Counted from the first letter of the stretch, positions 29,514-38,993 are shown. The stretch is DNA of 64,000 nt from an uncultured delta proteobacterium (GCA_963840855.1 CAWJBB010000027.1:32001-96000), one strand, 5' to 3'. Made by a program: numbers and translations. The notes: generated from the sequence alone by a model not told the origin.

Positions 29514-30449
29514 ATGAAATCGCTAAAAACCCACCAACGCTTGATCCTGTTCCTGCTTTTCGTCCTGGCGCTCACCAGTCTCTTATCCCCGTGGTTCGCC
29601 GTGTCGGCGAATTGGATAACCGGCCACTGGCCGTTCTTGCTGCCGGAGCGCTATTCCTTTTCCAAGATTTTCAACCGGACGTTCATGATCTCCGGCATTT
29701 TGCTTTTTTTTATTTGTCGGCGCCTGCTCGGCATCAGCAAGCTCGCCGATCTCGGTTTGACCCGGTTCGGCGATGGCAGCCGAGATATTGCCATCGGCTG
29801 GCTCCTAGCCGCGGGCTCGATGGCGGTTATGGCGGCCGTTATGACACTCTTCAGCGTTTTCACGCCCTTTTTTCGGCTGCCGCTGGGCGAGTCCATCAGT
29901 CGCTGTGCGAGTGCGCTGTCATCGGCAGCGTTTGCCGGTTTGCTGGAAGAAGTTTTTTTTCGTGGAATACTATTCAAAGGGTTGTTCCAACAGGGGCGCC
30001 TGCGCGCGTATCTGGGGACCAATCTATTTTACTCGGCGCTCCACTTCGTCAAACCCGGCGAGGCCTATTATTTGGACGCCTTGGATCCATGGGCCGGCTT
30101 GCGCCACCTCGCCTTCACCTTCACGCCGTTTCTTGAGCCGCTGCCGCTGTTGCCCGGAATTTTTGGGCTTTTCCTGATCGGCGTCGTATTGAGCTTTGCC
30201 TTCACCCGCACCGCCAATCTTTATCTCGCCATCGGCCTTCACGCCGGTTGGGTGTTCGGGCTCAAAACTCTTAGGGTATTCGGGGATTTTAGGCTCGACG
30301 ACCTGACCTGGATGTTCGGTTCCACCGACCCGAAAATCGTGAGCGGCGTCTTCACTTGGATCGGCATCGGCCTCGTCGCCGTCGCCGTCCATTGGATTAC
30401 CCGGGCCCGCCCCCACCTCGATTCCGCCACGCCCCCCGATAAACTTTAG
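29514..30449 (+). CDS. CPBP (Abi/CAAX) intramembrane glutamic endopeptidase
   Basis: EEVFFRG, FYSALH, AIGLHAGW; multiple TM segments. Confidence 0.85.
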   Translation: MKSLKTHQRLILFLLFVLALTSLLSPWFAVSANWITGHWPFLLPERYSFSKIFNRTFMISGILLFFICRRLLGISKLADLGLTRFGDGSRDIAIGWLLAAGSMAVMAAVMTLFSVFTPFFRLPLGESISRCASALSSAAFAGLLEEVFFRGILFKGLFQQGRLRAYLGTNLFYSALHFVKPGEAYYLDALDPWAGLRHLAFTFTPFLEPLPLLPGIFGLFLIGVVLSFAFTRTANLYLAIGLHAGWVFGLKTLRVFGDFRLDDLTWMFGSTDPKIVSGVFTWIGIGLVAVAVHWITRARPHLDSATPPDKL

Positions 30450-30498
30450 CGCGGGGCAGTTGCAACCAAAGCGGTTAACCAGTTCAGAAAAATCCGGA

Positions 30499-31587
30499 TC
30501 ACTCTTCGCGAACTACGACGCACTGCTCGGGGCGCGCCAGCGCATATACTGTGTGGCCTTTTTCATAGCGCTGGGACGGCGGCGCCACGACTCTGAGCGC
30601 CGCGCCGTTGGGCGCCAGTCTGATGAGATAGTCAATGGCGTCGCCGAAATAGATGCGTCGTTGGATCATGCCGCTGAAAACATTGTAGCCGCGCCCGGCC
30701 AGCTCGCGCGCCTCCGACTCGCTGTCGACGAGCACGAGGTTATGGGGTCGGATACAGACGAAGGTTTCGCCGCCGCCAATATTAGCTGGCGGTGCGACTT
30801 TCACGCTAAACCCCGCGGATAGACAAACCTTGTTTTCCGCCTCTAGCCGCCCAGGAAGGATGTTGGTCTTGCCGATGAACTCGGCGACGAAACGAGTCAG
30901 CGGCTCGTCGAAGATCTCCTGCGGCGCGCCCACCTGAATGATTTTCCCTTTGTTCATGACCGCGATGCGGTCGGAGGCGACCATGGCTTCCCCCTGGTCA
31001 TGGGTGACGTAGATGGTCGTTATGCCAAACTCCTCGTGCAGTCGGCGAATCTCAAAGCGCATCTCTTCGCGCAAGTTGGCGTCGAGGTTACTCAGCGGCT
31101 CATCGAGCAAAAGGATTTGCGGCTCCACCACCAGGGCGCGGGCCAGCGCCACCCGCTGCTGCTGGCCGCCGGAAAGCTCGGCGGGATAACGTTCCTTCAA
31201 CGCCTCCAAATGCACCACCCGAAGCAGTCGTTCGACCTTTTCCAAGGTTGCTTGCTTCGCGAGCTTTTTGAACTTGAGACCGTAGGCGACGTTTTGAAAC
31301 ACCGTCATATGCGGCCACACGGCGTAACTCTGAAAAATCATCGACATGTTGCGCCGCTCCGGCTGAACCAACTGCGATGGTGATGAAATGACGTTGCCGT
31401 CGACGCGGATCTCACCGCCGTCAGGTTGAAGGAAACCGGCAACCAGACGGAGTGTGGTCGTTTTGCCGCAGCCCGACGGTCCGAGCAGCGAGACGAATTC
31501 ACCGTCTTTGATCTCCAGGTTGAGGTCGTCAACCGCAGCCATGCCGGTAAATTTTTTCGTCAGTCCGTGCAGCGATACGATGGCCAT
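30499..31587 (-). CDS. ABC transporter ATP-binding protein (PotA/FbpC-like)
   Basis: GPSGCGKTT, LSGGQQQRVALAR, LLDEPLSNLD, TOBE-like C-terminus. Confidence 0.95.
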   Translation of the reverse strand: MAIVSLHGLTKKFTGMAAVDDLNLEIKDGEFVSLLGPSGCGKTTTLRLVAGFLQPDGGEIRVDGNVISSPSQLVQPERRNMSMIFQSYAVWPHMTVFQNVAYGLKFKKLAKQATLEKVERLLRVVHLEALKERYPAELSGGQQQRVALARALVVEPQILLLDEPLSNLDANLREEMRFEIRRLHEEFGITTIYVTHDQGEAMVASDRIAVMNKGKIIQVGAPQEIFDEPLTRFVAEFIGKTNILPGRLEAENKVCLSAGFSVKVAPPANIGGGETFVCIRPHNLVLVDSESEARELAGRGYNVFSGMIQRRIYFGDAIDYLIRLAPNGAALRVVAPPSQRYEKGHTVYALARPEQCVVVREE

Positions 31588-31590
31588 GCG

Positions 31591-33318
31591 CTACTCCCGG
31601 CTCGCCACCACTTCTCGCCCCGCAAACCAATGCATGGCCAGAATCACCGCGAAGGAAACGGCCAACAAAAGTATGCCCAACACTGAGATCACCCCGACCT
31701 GCCCTTCCTCTTTGAGATCGAAGATCACCACCGAAACTACCTTCGATGCCGGCGCGAAAAGCAAAATCGACGCGCTCAGCTCGCGGATGACGCCGATGAA
31801 AATAAAAGACCAGGCGGCGATCAATCCGGAGCGCGCCAGCGGCGCGGTCACGTCCTTGAGTGACATCAGCCGGTTTGCGCCGATGATCCGGCTCGCGTCT
31901 TCCAGCTCTGGGTGAATGCTTTTGAAAGTCGACTCGGCCTGGGAAAAACCTATGGGCATTTCTTTGGTCAGGTAGGCGACGAATAGAATCCAGATGGTTC
32001 CGTAGAGCACCAGTGGCGGCCGCGTGTAAGCAATGAATAAACCCACGGCCAAAACGATACCTGGAATCACCAGCGGCGCCAGAGCGAAGAACGTCAGATA
32101 ACGCGCGCCGCGAAAAAGATTGCGGTTGGTGATATATGCGATCAGCGTCGCCATCAGAGTGCCGATGGTGGCGGTCAGTATTCCGAGTTTGAACGTATTG
32201 TAGATCGCCCTCTGGGTGTCCCCATACTCAAAAAAGGCGAAGGAGAAATTTTTTAGCGTGAAGTTGTCCCAGGTCAAGGGCAGCGCCCATGCCTTGGAAA
32301 GCGCGGCCTTGAGCAAAATCCAGTAAGGCAAGAAGACCGAAAGCGAAAGTATCCCCAACACCAGAAACATTACGGGCAGACGGCCCCAGCTCAACTTGAG
32401 CAAACGTTTTTGCCCGCCCTTGCCGCCGACGGTGCTGAAGCCGCGCCGCCCGAGAATTTTTTTCTGCGCGCCGATCAAGACCATCGTCGCCAAGAGCAAA
32501 GGCACGGAAAAGGCGGCCGCCAGGTCGAGCCGCGGCGGATATTGAAACAGCGCCCAGATCTGCGTCGTGATCGTGTGTATGCCCGCCGGCAAGCCGAGAA
32601 TCGCCGGCGCGCCGAACAAGGACAACGAGTGCAGAAAGGCGAGGATGAATCCGCCGATCAACGCCGGCAGCGCCAGGGGTAGCGTGACGGTCCAAGCTAT
32701 ACGCCATTTGTTCGCACCGAGAATCTCCGCAGCATCTTCCAGATCCGACGAGATCAGCTCACAGACGTTGGCGACCATCGAAAACACATAGGGAAAACTA
32801 TAGAGCGCCATAACAAAGATCAGCCCCGGCATAGTGAAGATGTTAAAGAGCGCGTCTTCCGCACCCGTTAACGAACGGTAAAACTTGTTCAGCGCTCCGG
32901 CGTTCGGTCCAGCGAGCAGCGTCCAGGCGAAGGCGCCCAAAAACGGGGGCGTAACGAAGGAGGCCATGACCAAAGCGCGGATGGGCTTTTTCCAGGGCAT
33001 ATCCGTGCGCGTCACCAGCCAGGCCAGCAGCGCGCCGAGAACCACGGAAATAACGCCCACCCAGAAGGAGATAACGACGGTATTCCAGATCGCTTTCAAA
33101 AAAGCTGCGTTGGTGAAAACTTCAAGGTAGCGGCCCAGGCTAAAGCCGCTCTGATCCCACAGGCTGGCGCGGAAGATCGAACCTAATGGGAAAAGCATCA
33201 AAAAAACGAGAAACAGCGCCGCGCCGATCCAAACCGGCAAGGTCGGGTCCTTGAACCGAGGCATGGACCAGCTCTGGTTTGCAGTCTTGGCGATGGACTC
33301 GGTTACGGTAACGGGCAT
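31591..33318 (-). CDS. ABC transporter permease (fused two-domain, FbpB type)
   Basis: Two EAA motifs (LEDAAEILGA, LEDASRIIGA); many TM segments. Confidence 0.92.
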   Translation of the reverse strand: MPVTVTESIAKTANQSWSMPRFKDPTLPVWIGAALFLVFLMLFPLGSIFRASLWDQSGFSLGRYLEVFTNAAFLKAIWNTVVISFWVGVISVVLGALLAWLVTRTDMPWKKPIRALVMASFVTPPFLGAFAWTLLAGPNAGALNKFYRSLTGAEDALFNIFTMPGLIFVMALYSFPYVFSMVANVCELISSDLEDAAEILGANKWRIAWTVTLPLALPALIGGFILAFLHSLSLFGAPAILGLPAGIHTITTQIWALFQYPPRLDLAAAFSVPLLLATMVLIGAQKKILGRRGFSTVGGKGGQKRLLKLSWGRLPVMFLVLGILSLSVFLPYWILLKAALSKAWALPLTWDNFTLKNFSFAFFEYGDTQRAIYNTFKLGILTATIGTLMATLIAYITNRNLFRGARYLTFFALAPLVIPGIVLAVGLFIAYTRPPLVLYGTIWILFVAYLTKEMPIGFSQAESTFKSIHPELEDASRIIGANRLMSLKDVTAPLARSGLIAAWSFIFIGVIRELSASILLFAPASKVVSVVIFDLKEEGQVGVISVLGILLLAVSFAVILAMHWFAGREVVASRE

Positions 33319-33340
33319 GGTATGATATCGCCAAGCTATC

Positions 33341-34366
33341 TTACGCGCCGAAAAATTCGACGAAACGTTTTCTGATTTCTGCGTTGCGCTTTTCCAATTC
33401 GTCGGCGTCCGCAGGTAGGAGCTTCAACTCCTTGAGCTTAGGTTTGTCCGCGGGATAGGTCACCTCAGGATGGCCGGTGTAGAGTCCCTCTTTGTCGGCC
33501 AACAATTGCTGTGACTCTTTGGCAAAGATAAACTCGGTGAAGAGTTTCGCTGCGTTGGGGTGCGGCGCGTCTTTCGCGATGGCCACCGGCGAAACCACCA
33601 ATGGCACGCCCTCTTTGGGATAGATAATCTTGATCGGGTTCCCCTGCTTCAGCGTTTTGTAGTAGTAATACTCGGCGCCGTTTACTCCCACCGGCCGCTC
33701 GCCCGAAGCGACGACGCCAGCCGGATCGTTGGCTGACTGCACCAGATGCAATTTGTTTTTCGCGAGATCGCGAAAGTAGTCCCAACCATATTGATTCACC
33801 AGCGCCAGCACATGGGTCATGATGATGCCGCTGTAGCCTGGATGGGCTGTGACCAGCCTGCCACTCCACTTGGGATTCAAAAGATCCTTCCAGGTTTTCG
33901 GCGCGTCCTTTTCGGAAACGATTTTCGGATTGTGCGCAATCACCGAAAGCGTCGCCCGCATGCCGTAGTAAAAGCCGGCCTTGTCCTTGAAGCCGTCGGG
34001 AAAACTGGCCACGCCCTGGGGCGTGAATTTCAGCAGCAAATCTTTATCCTTGAGCAGCTCGAAATGGCCGGCATCCGAGGTATGAACGATGTCGGCATTC
34101 TTTATACCCGCCGCCGTTTCCTGCATGAATCTTTGCAGCACACGCTGTGAGCCGTTGCGGTGCACTTCCACCTCGATGCCTTTGTACTTGTTCTGGAAGT
34201 AATGGGCGATGGCGGTGGAAGACGGCAACGCTAGGGAAGTATGCCAAACCACCTTGCCCTCTTTTCGCGCCGCCTGAATCAGGGCGGCGTCCTGGGCCAT
34301 CGCCGCCGACGCCGCCGTGACGCACAGGACGAACAATAAAAACCCGATGTTTTTTCTCATTGTCAT
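33341..34366 (-). CDS. ABC transporter substrate-binding protein
   Basis: Signal peptide, AARKEGKVVWHTS, APHPNAAKLF; SD GGAGG. Confidence 0.9.
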   Translation of the reverse strand: MTMRKNIGFLLFVLCVTAASAAMAQDAALIQAARKEGKVVWHTSLALPSSTAIAHYFQNKYKGIEVEVHRNGSQRVLQRFMQETAAGIKNADIVHTSDAGHFELLKDKDLLLKFTPQGVASFPDGFKDKAGFYYGMRATLSVIAHNPKIVSEKDAPKTWKDLLNPKWSGRLVTAHPGYSGIIMTHVLALVNQYGWDYFRDLAKNKLHLVQSANDPAGVVASGERPVGVNGAEYYYYKTLKQGNPIKIIYPKEGVPLVVSPVAIAKDAPHPNAAKLFTEFIFAKESQQLLADKEGLYTGHPEVTYPADKPKLKELKLLPADADELEKRNAEIRKRFVEFFGA

Positions 34367-34394
34367 GACCTCCTTGTAATTCCCTCGCCCATGT

Positions 34395-35768
34395 TCACAT
34401 GGGACTCAAAAGCTTAGAGAGCATGTCTATAGAAGAAAGGTGCTCCAACCGCCGCACTGAGTCAAGGATGGCTTCAACCCTCTCCGCCGTCAACGCGAGC
34501 CGAGCATTGGCGCGAAACTTCTCTTCGATTTCTGCCGGTGCCAATGGGTCTTCCAATCCTCCCCGAGGATAGGGCTGATTCTCTTCCAGAACGGTCCCGT
34601 CGTCGAGGAAAATTTTCACATGGCCGGAAAAATGGCGCGGATAATCGATGGTCGGATCGAGCTCGTAGCGAACTTTATTCGCCAGAGCGAGAAGCTGAGC
34701 GTCGTGGATTGCCTCCTCCGAGAATTCGCCGAGGCCCGCTTTGCCCCGAATGAGCATCACGGCAATGCTGTAAGGCAAACTAAATTTGGCGCCGTAGGAA
34801 CTTGTTGGCCGCTGCTTATCGGCGAGAGGCTCCCAAAGCCGGTGCACCGGCCCTTCCGCCGTGCGGCAGACAACTTCGGTGATCTTTTCCGGCGCGGGAC
34901 CGTATCTCTGTTTAAGCTTTAGAGCACAGTCCATATACGGGTGTGATATCGAGCCGCATGGGTAGGACTTGAAAGCGAGCCGCGGTATCTCCCATTCTTT
35001 GCCCAATTCCAACAGCTTCTCGAAGCGGTACTCACCGGCGCCGCCGAAACAATGATAAAATCCGTGGGTGCCTTCGAAAACCTTCGCGGGTCCGCGAAAG
35101 CCTTCCTTGGCGAGTAAGGTTGCAATCACCCCGCCGTGAGCCGACCAACCAGGGTGTAAACGCTTGGTCCACGTGCCATCGGCGAGATATTCGATGATGC
35201 CGGAGCTTTGGCTGCCGCACAGGCCGAAAGCATCGACCCATTGATCGAGCGCAAGACCATAGAGTTTACCCGCCGCGGCCGCGGCGCCGAAGGTCGAACA
35301 GAGCGCTGTCGGGTGAAAACCTCGGGCATGAAATTTTCCCGGCGCTACCAGGCCGACCTTGCACATCACTTCCGTGCCGGCGATAGCAGCTTCGAGAATC
35401 GCTTTGCCGCTGGCCCCTACTTCTTCGCCGGCAGCCAACGCGGTGGTCGCGGCGACGCACCCGGTGTGCACGATGGCCTCCTCCAAGGTATCGTCATAAT
35501 CGAGACCATGAGCCAGTGTGCCATTGGCGAGCACCGCGTTGGCGCCGGCCACTTTGATCGGTGTACCGATCAGGCGGCTCTGCGCCGCGCCGCCAAGCTT
35601 TTTTGCGACGTTCAAAACCATAGCGCCAAAATCCATGGTTGACGACGCCAGGGCGATGCCCAGGGTGTCGAGAAAAACCAGCTTGGCTTTATCGGTCACA
35701 GCCGGCGGCACTTGAGTAAGGTCAAGGCCGCGGACAAAATTTCCTATCGCTTGCGAGTACGGCTCCAT
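34395..35768 (-). CDS. MmgE/PrpD family protein
   Basis: NGTLAHGLDYDD, GFHPT, KRLHPG, FKSYPCG, AKFSLPY, EEKFRAN. Confidence 0.92.
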   Translation of the reverse strand: MEPYSQAIGNFVRGLDLTQVPPAVTDKAKLVFLDTLGIALASSTMDFGAMVLNVAKKLGGAAQSRLIGTPIKVAGANAVLANGTLAHGLDYDDTLEEAIVHTGCVAATTALAAGEEVGASGKAILEAAIAGTEVMCKVGLVAPGKFHARGFHPTALCSTFGAAAAAGKLYGLALDQWVDAFGLCGSQSSGIIEYLADGTWTKRLHPGWSAHGGVIATLLAKEGFRGPAKVFEGTHGFYHCFGGAGEYRFEKLLELGKEWEIPRLAFKSYPCGSISHPYMDCALKLKQRYGPAPEKITEVVCRTAEGPVHRLWEPLADKQRPTSSYGAKFSLPYSIAVMLIRGKAGLGEFSEEAIHDAQLLALANKVRYELDPTIDYPRHFSGHVKIFLDDGTVLEENQPYPRGGLEDPLAPAEIEEKFRANARLALTAERVEAILDSVRRLEHLSSIDMLSKLLSPM

Positions 35769-36351
35769 TGTTTGCTCCCGAGTTTGCGGCGCTGAGATTT
35801 TGCCGCGCGTTTTTCTTTGCCGCCCGCAAGCGCGCGCAGGAGCGGCGCCAAGCTTCTTAGCTCCGGCAACCGGCCCACGAGCCGGACCACTTCCTCCGTG
35901 CTTTTGCGCGGCAGCACGAGCGCCGCGCAGTCGCGAAACTTCTCGCTCAATTCAGCCCAACTCATGGGCTTTTGCGGATGGCCGCGGGCGACATCCGAGC
36001 GGCCTTCTATGACTTTACCGTCTTTGAGCTTGATGCGAATTTTCGAGCGCACCTGATCGTAGCCGAGAGATTCCATCTCGTCATCGACATAGAGCGTGAT
36101 ACGCTTCATCAGCTCGACGACCCTGCGCTCGCGCACTTTTTATAGGCGGTTCCCAAAACACTAACTTCTTGCCGACCACCCATCCGGCGGGTATGATTCA
36201 AGATAATCTGCGTGCCCTCTTCGGTCTGACCGGCCAGCGCCACGCCCAATCCGTCAAGCACGAATCCTTGCGCCAAACGGATGACCTCCAGCGGTATGTC
36301 CCGGTAGCGCGTCTTGGCGACGTAGTTGGCGATTTCCGCGGTAAGACCCAT
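35744..36351 (-). pseudogene. MmgE/PrpD family gene with a large internal deletion
   Basis: N-terminal 71 aa (MGLTAEIANYV...LDGLGVALAG...SVLGTAYK) joined out of frame at ~36140 to the C-terminal part (RGHPQKPMSWAELSEKFRDCA); the central catalytic region is absent. Confidence 0.8.
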
Positions 36352-36423
36352 AAAGCTTTTCTGCAATGAAGCTACAATTTAGGCGTCAATATCATGAACC
36401 CGAAGCAACTGTCGAACCTATTG

Positions 36424-36453
36424 TTGACATACGCTGGAGGCATGCGCTAGGTT
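36424..36453 (+). promoter_or_regulatory. Putative sigma70 promoter of the SAM-riboswitch transcript
   Basis: TTGACA (36424) - 18 bp - TAGGTT (36448), ~20 nt upstream of the aptamer. Confidence 0.5.
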
Positions 36454-36475
36454 GAACAGTGTCATAGCGTCTGGA

Positions 36476-36588
36476 CACCTTATCCAGAGTGGTGGAGGGA
36501 TCGGCCCTTCGAAGCCACAGCAACCGGTTCCATGTAATGGATCCTGGTGCTAAATCCCACCCCCGCCCGGCGGGGGGAAGATAAGGTG
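36476..36588 (+). ncRNA. SAM-I (S-box) riboswitch aptamer
   Basis: P1 caccttatc/gataaggtg; conserved ATCCAGAG, GGAGGGA, GGCCC, GAAGCC, GCAACC, GGTGCTAAATCC. Confidence 0.95.
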
Positions 36589-36601
36589 AGGTTGAGAATC
36601 G

Positions 36602-36635
36602 ACCTCTTCTTATCTTCGGGGAGAGGTTTTTTTTT
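36602..36635 (+). terminator. Intrinsic terminator, riboswitch expression platform
   Basis: ACCTCTTC/GGAGAGGT stem followed by a T run; the 5' arm (cctcttcttatcttc) can alternatively pair with gaagataaggtgagg of P1. Confidence 0.85.
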
Positions 36636-36650
36636 GCTGACGATTGAACC

Positions 36651-37427
36651 ATGAGCATCCGTCTGACTACCGAAGAGATCGAACGCTACAGCCGGCAAAT
36701 TTTGGTGCCGGATCTAGGCGGCAAAGGGCAAATCCGCCTGCGCCAAGGGCGAGTATTGGTGATCGGCGCCGGCGGGTTGGGATCGCCTGCGGCATTTTAT
36801 CTCGCGGCGGCGGGCGTCGGCACTTTGGGCCTGATCGACCCGGATCAGGTTGAGCTTTCCAACTTGCAGCGGCAAATTCTTCATGGCACGGCGGACATCG
36901 GGCGCAAAAAAGTGGAATCGGCGCAAGCAAGACTGACGGAGCTAAACCCGGGGGTGACCATCGTCAGCCAAGCGGTGCGGCTGGAAGCAAACAACGCCGC
37001 GGAAATTTTTAGCGATTACGATTTCATCGTCGATGGCAGCGATAATTTTGATACAAAGTTTTTGGTCAACGACACTGCCGTAGCGCTGGGCATTGCTTTT
37101 TCCCACGCGGGGATCGTGCGCCTGCAAGGTCAAGCGATGACGGTGATTCCCCACAGGAGCGCTTGCTATCGCTGTTTCTTTAAAGATCCGCCACCGCCGG
37201 AAGAGCTTTTGAGCTGCCAGCAGGCGGGCATTCTCGGCGCGGTTGCCGGCACCATCGGTTCCATTCAGGCCACCGAGGCGATTAAATTTCTCGCCGGCTT
37301 CGAAGAAGGCTTGCTCACGGACCGGCTGCTGACCTACGACGCGCGGGCGATGAAGTTTCATACCGTCGAGGTCAGAAGAGACCCCGAGTGCAGTGCGTGC
37401 GGCGCGGCAAACGCCTCGACCGGTTAA
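36651..37427 (+). CDS. ThiF/MoeB/HesA family sulfur-carrier adenylyltransferase
   Basis: ERYSRQI, GAGGLGSP, SNLQRQILH, DGSDNF, CYRC, CSAC. Confidence 0.92.
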   Translation: MSIRLTTEEIERYSRQILVPDLGGKGQIRLRQGRVLVIGAGGLGSPAAFYLAAAGVGTLGLIDPDQVELSNLQRQILHGTADIGRKKVESAQARLTELNPGVTIVSQAVRLEANNAAEIFSDYDFIVDGSDNFDTKFLVNDTAVALGIAFSHAGIVRLQGQAMTVIPHRSACYRCFFKDPPPPEELLSCQQAGILGAVAGTIGSIQATEAIKFLAGFEEGLLTDRLLTYDARAMKFHTVEVRRDPECSACGAANASTG

Positions 37428-37609
37428 ACAGAGAGGAAATTTGGACTCGGTCAATCATCCGACAATCCGCCGGTGAATGCCATGGCCGCTGCATCTTAAA
37501 GCCGGTATGGAGCGGTCGGTGACGCCAAACCGCCGCCTTGAAAGGCTTTGGATGAAGGGCTATTTTAAACCGCAACTGGTAAGGGTAATTCATATCGAGG
37601 AGGCAACTT

Positions 37610-37888
37610 ATGTCCGTGCGAGTACGGGTACCGACGCCCTTGCGCAAGTTCACGCAAGGCGCCGATGAAGTCAATGCGCAGGGCAGCACTATGCGCGCGT
37701 TAATGGACGATCTGGAACAAAACTACCCTGGGATCAAAGAACGCATCTGCGACGAGACCGGCAAGGTGCGCCGCTTCGTCAACGTATACGTCAACGGCGA
37801 TGACATCCGCTTTCTGCAGAATCTCGAAACCAGCCTGAAAGACGGCGACAATATTTCCATCGTCCCGGCCATCGCCGGAGGATCATAG
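37610..37888 (+). CDS. MoaD/ThiS/CysO-like ubiquitin-fold sulfur carrier
   Basis: VRVPTPLR, RFVNVYVNGDDIRF, C-terminus AIAGGS; SD GAGGAGG. Confidence 0.9.
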   Translation: MSVRVRVPTPLRKFTQGADEVNAQGSTMRALMDDLEQNYPGIKERICDETGKVRRFVNVYVNGDDIRFLQNLETSLKDGDNISIVPAIAGGS

Positions 37889-37901
37889 AAAGCAAAGGGT
37901 C

Positions 37902-38903
37902 ATGGCCGTCAGTTCACCTAACTTGCGATTGATTACGGCGCCGCCCCTGGAGCAAAAAAAAGTCGACTCGGTGCTCGACTTGATTGGCGACACACCGTTG
38001 TTGCAAATCCGCGCCCTAGCCGAAGGCCTCCCCGCGAGGGTGCGCGTTTTCGCCAAGCTCGAAGGCTTCAATCCAGGCGGTTCGGTCAAGGACCGGCCCG
38101 CTTGGCGCATGATCCAGGAAGGATTGCGCACCGGTAAACTGCGTCCTGGCAAGACGATACTAGACTCCACTTCCGGTAATACCGGCATCGCTCTGGCGCT
38201 CATCGGCCGGGTCTTGGAGTATCCCGTGGAGTTGGTGGTGCCCGCTAACGTCAGCATGGAGCGCAAACATATACTGCAGGCCTACGGCGCCAATGTAGTT
38301 TTCAGCGATCCCATGGAAGGCTCCGACGGCGCCATTCGTCTATGCCGCAAAATCATCGAAGAGAATCCGGAAAAATATTTCAAACCGGACCAATATTTTA
38401 ATCCCATGAATCCACAGGCCCATTACGAAACCACGGGTCCCGAGATCATGCGCCAGACCGATGGCAAGATCACTCACTTCGTCGCCGGCATCGGTACCGG
38501 CGGCACGATCATGGGCGCGGGCCGCTACCTGAAAGAAGCCAATCCGGCGATCCGGGTCATTGCCGTGGAACCCGACGACGCGCTGCACGGCCTCGAAGGT
38601 CTGAAGCATATGGCCAGCTCCATCGTTCCGGGCATTTATCACGAGGATGAACTGGACGAAAAAATCGCCGTCTCCACGGACGATGCCTATGCGATGGTTT
38701 ATCGCTTGAGCCAGGAAGAAGGGGTGCTGGTGGGACAATCATCCGGCGCCGCGCTGTACGCGACGTTAAAACTCGCGCGCAAACTAAAAGCGGGCACCCT
38801 GGTAACCATCTTTCCCGACTTCGGCGACAAGTACCTGAGCACCAATCTCTGGGTCGGATGGCGCGACCGCATGGCCGTTGGCAATCTCAAATTCTCGATA
38901 TAA
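37902..38903 (+). CDS. cysM: Cysteine synthase, CysM-like PLP enzyme
   Basis: KLEGFNPGGSVKDR, TSGNTG, DQYFN, GIGTGGT, GQSSGAA. Confidence 0.85.
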   Translation: MAVSSPNLRLITAPPLEQKKVDSVLDLIGDTPLLQIRALAEGLPARVRVFAKLEGFNPGGSVKDRPAWRMIQEGLRTGKLRPGKTILDSTSGNTGIALALIGRVLEYPVELVVPANVSMERKHILQAYGANVVFSDPMEGSDGAIRLCRKIIEENPEKYFKPDQYFNPMNPQAHYETTGPEIMRQTDGKITHFVAGIGTGGTIMGAGRYLKEANPAIRVIAVEPDDALHGLEGLKHMASSIVPGIYHEDELDEKIAVSTDDAYAMVYRLSQEEGVLVGQSSGAALYATLKLARKLKAGTLVTIFPDFGDKYLSTNLWVGWRDRMAVGNLKFSI

Positions 38904-38929
38904 TCTTGGATGGCAACGAATCGCTAGGC

Positions 38930-38993
38930 GTTCGACGTCGAGCGTAAAAGGTTCGACGTTTAAGGTTTTAGATTCGAACTCGCGACCTCGAAC
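38930..38993. repeat. Degenerate heptamer inverted-repeat element (GTTCGAC / CTCGAAC)
   Basis: gttcgac gtcgagc gtaaaag gttcgac gtttaag ... ttcgaac tcgcgac ctcgaac. Confidence 0.55.

Noticed and set aside
36392-36698. Short minus-strand ORFs over the riboswitch
   Set aside because: Fully explained by the SAM-I aptamer and terminator on the plus strand.
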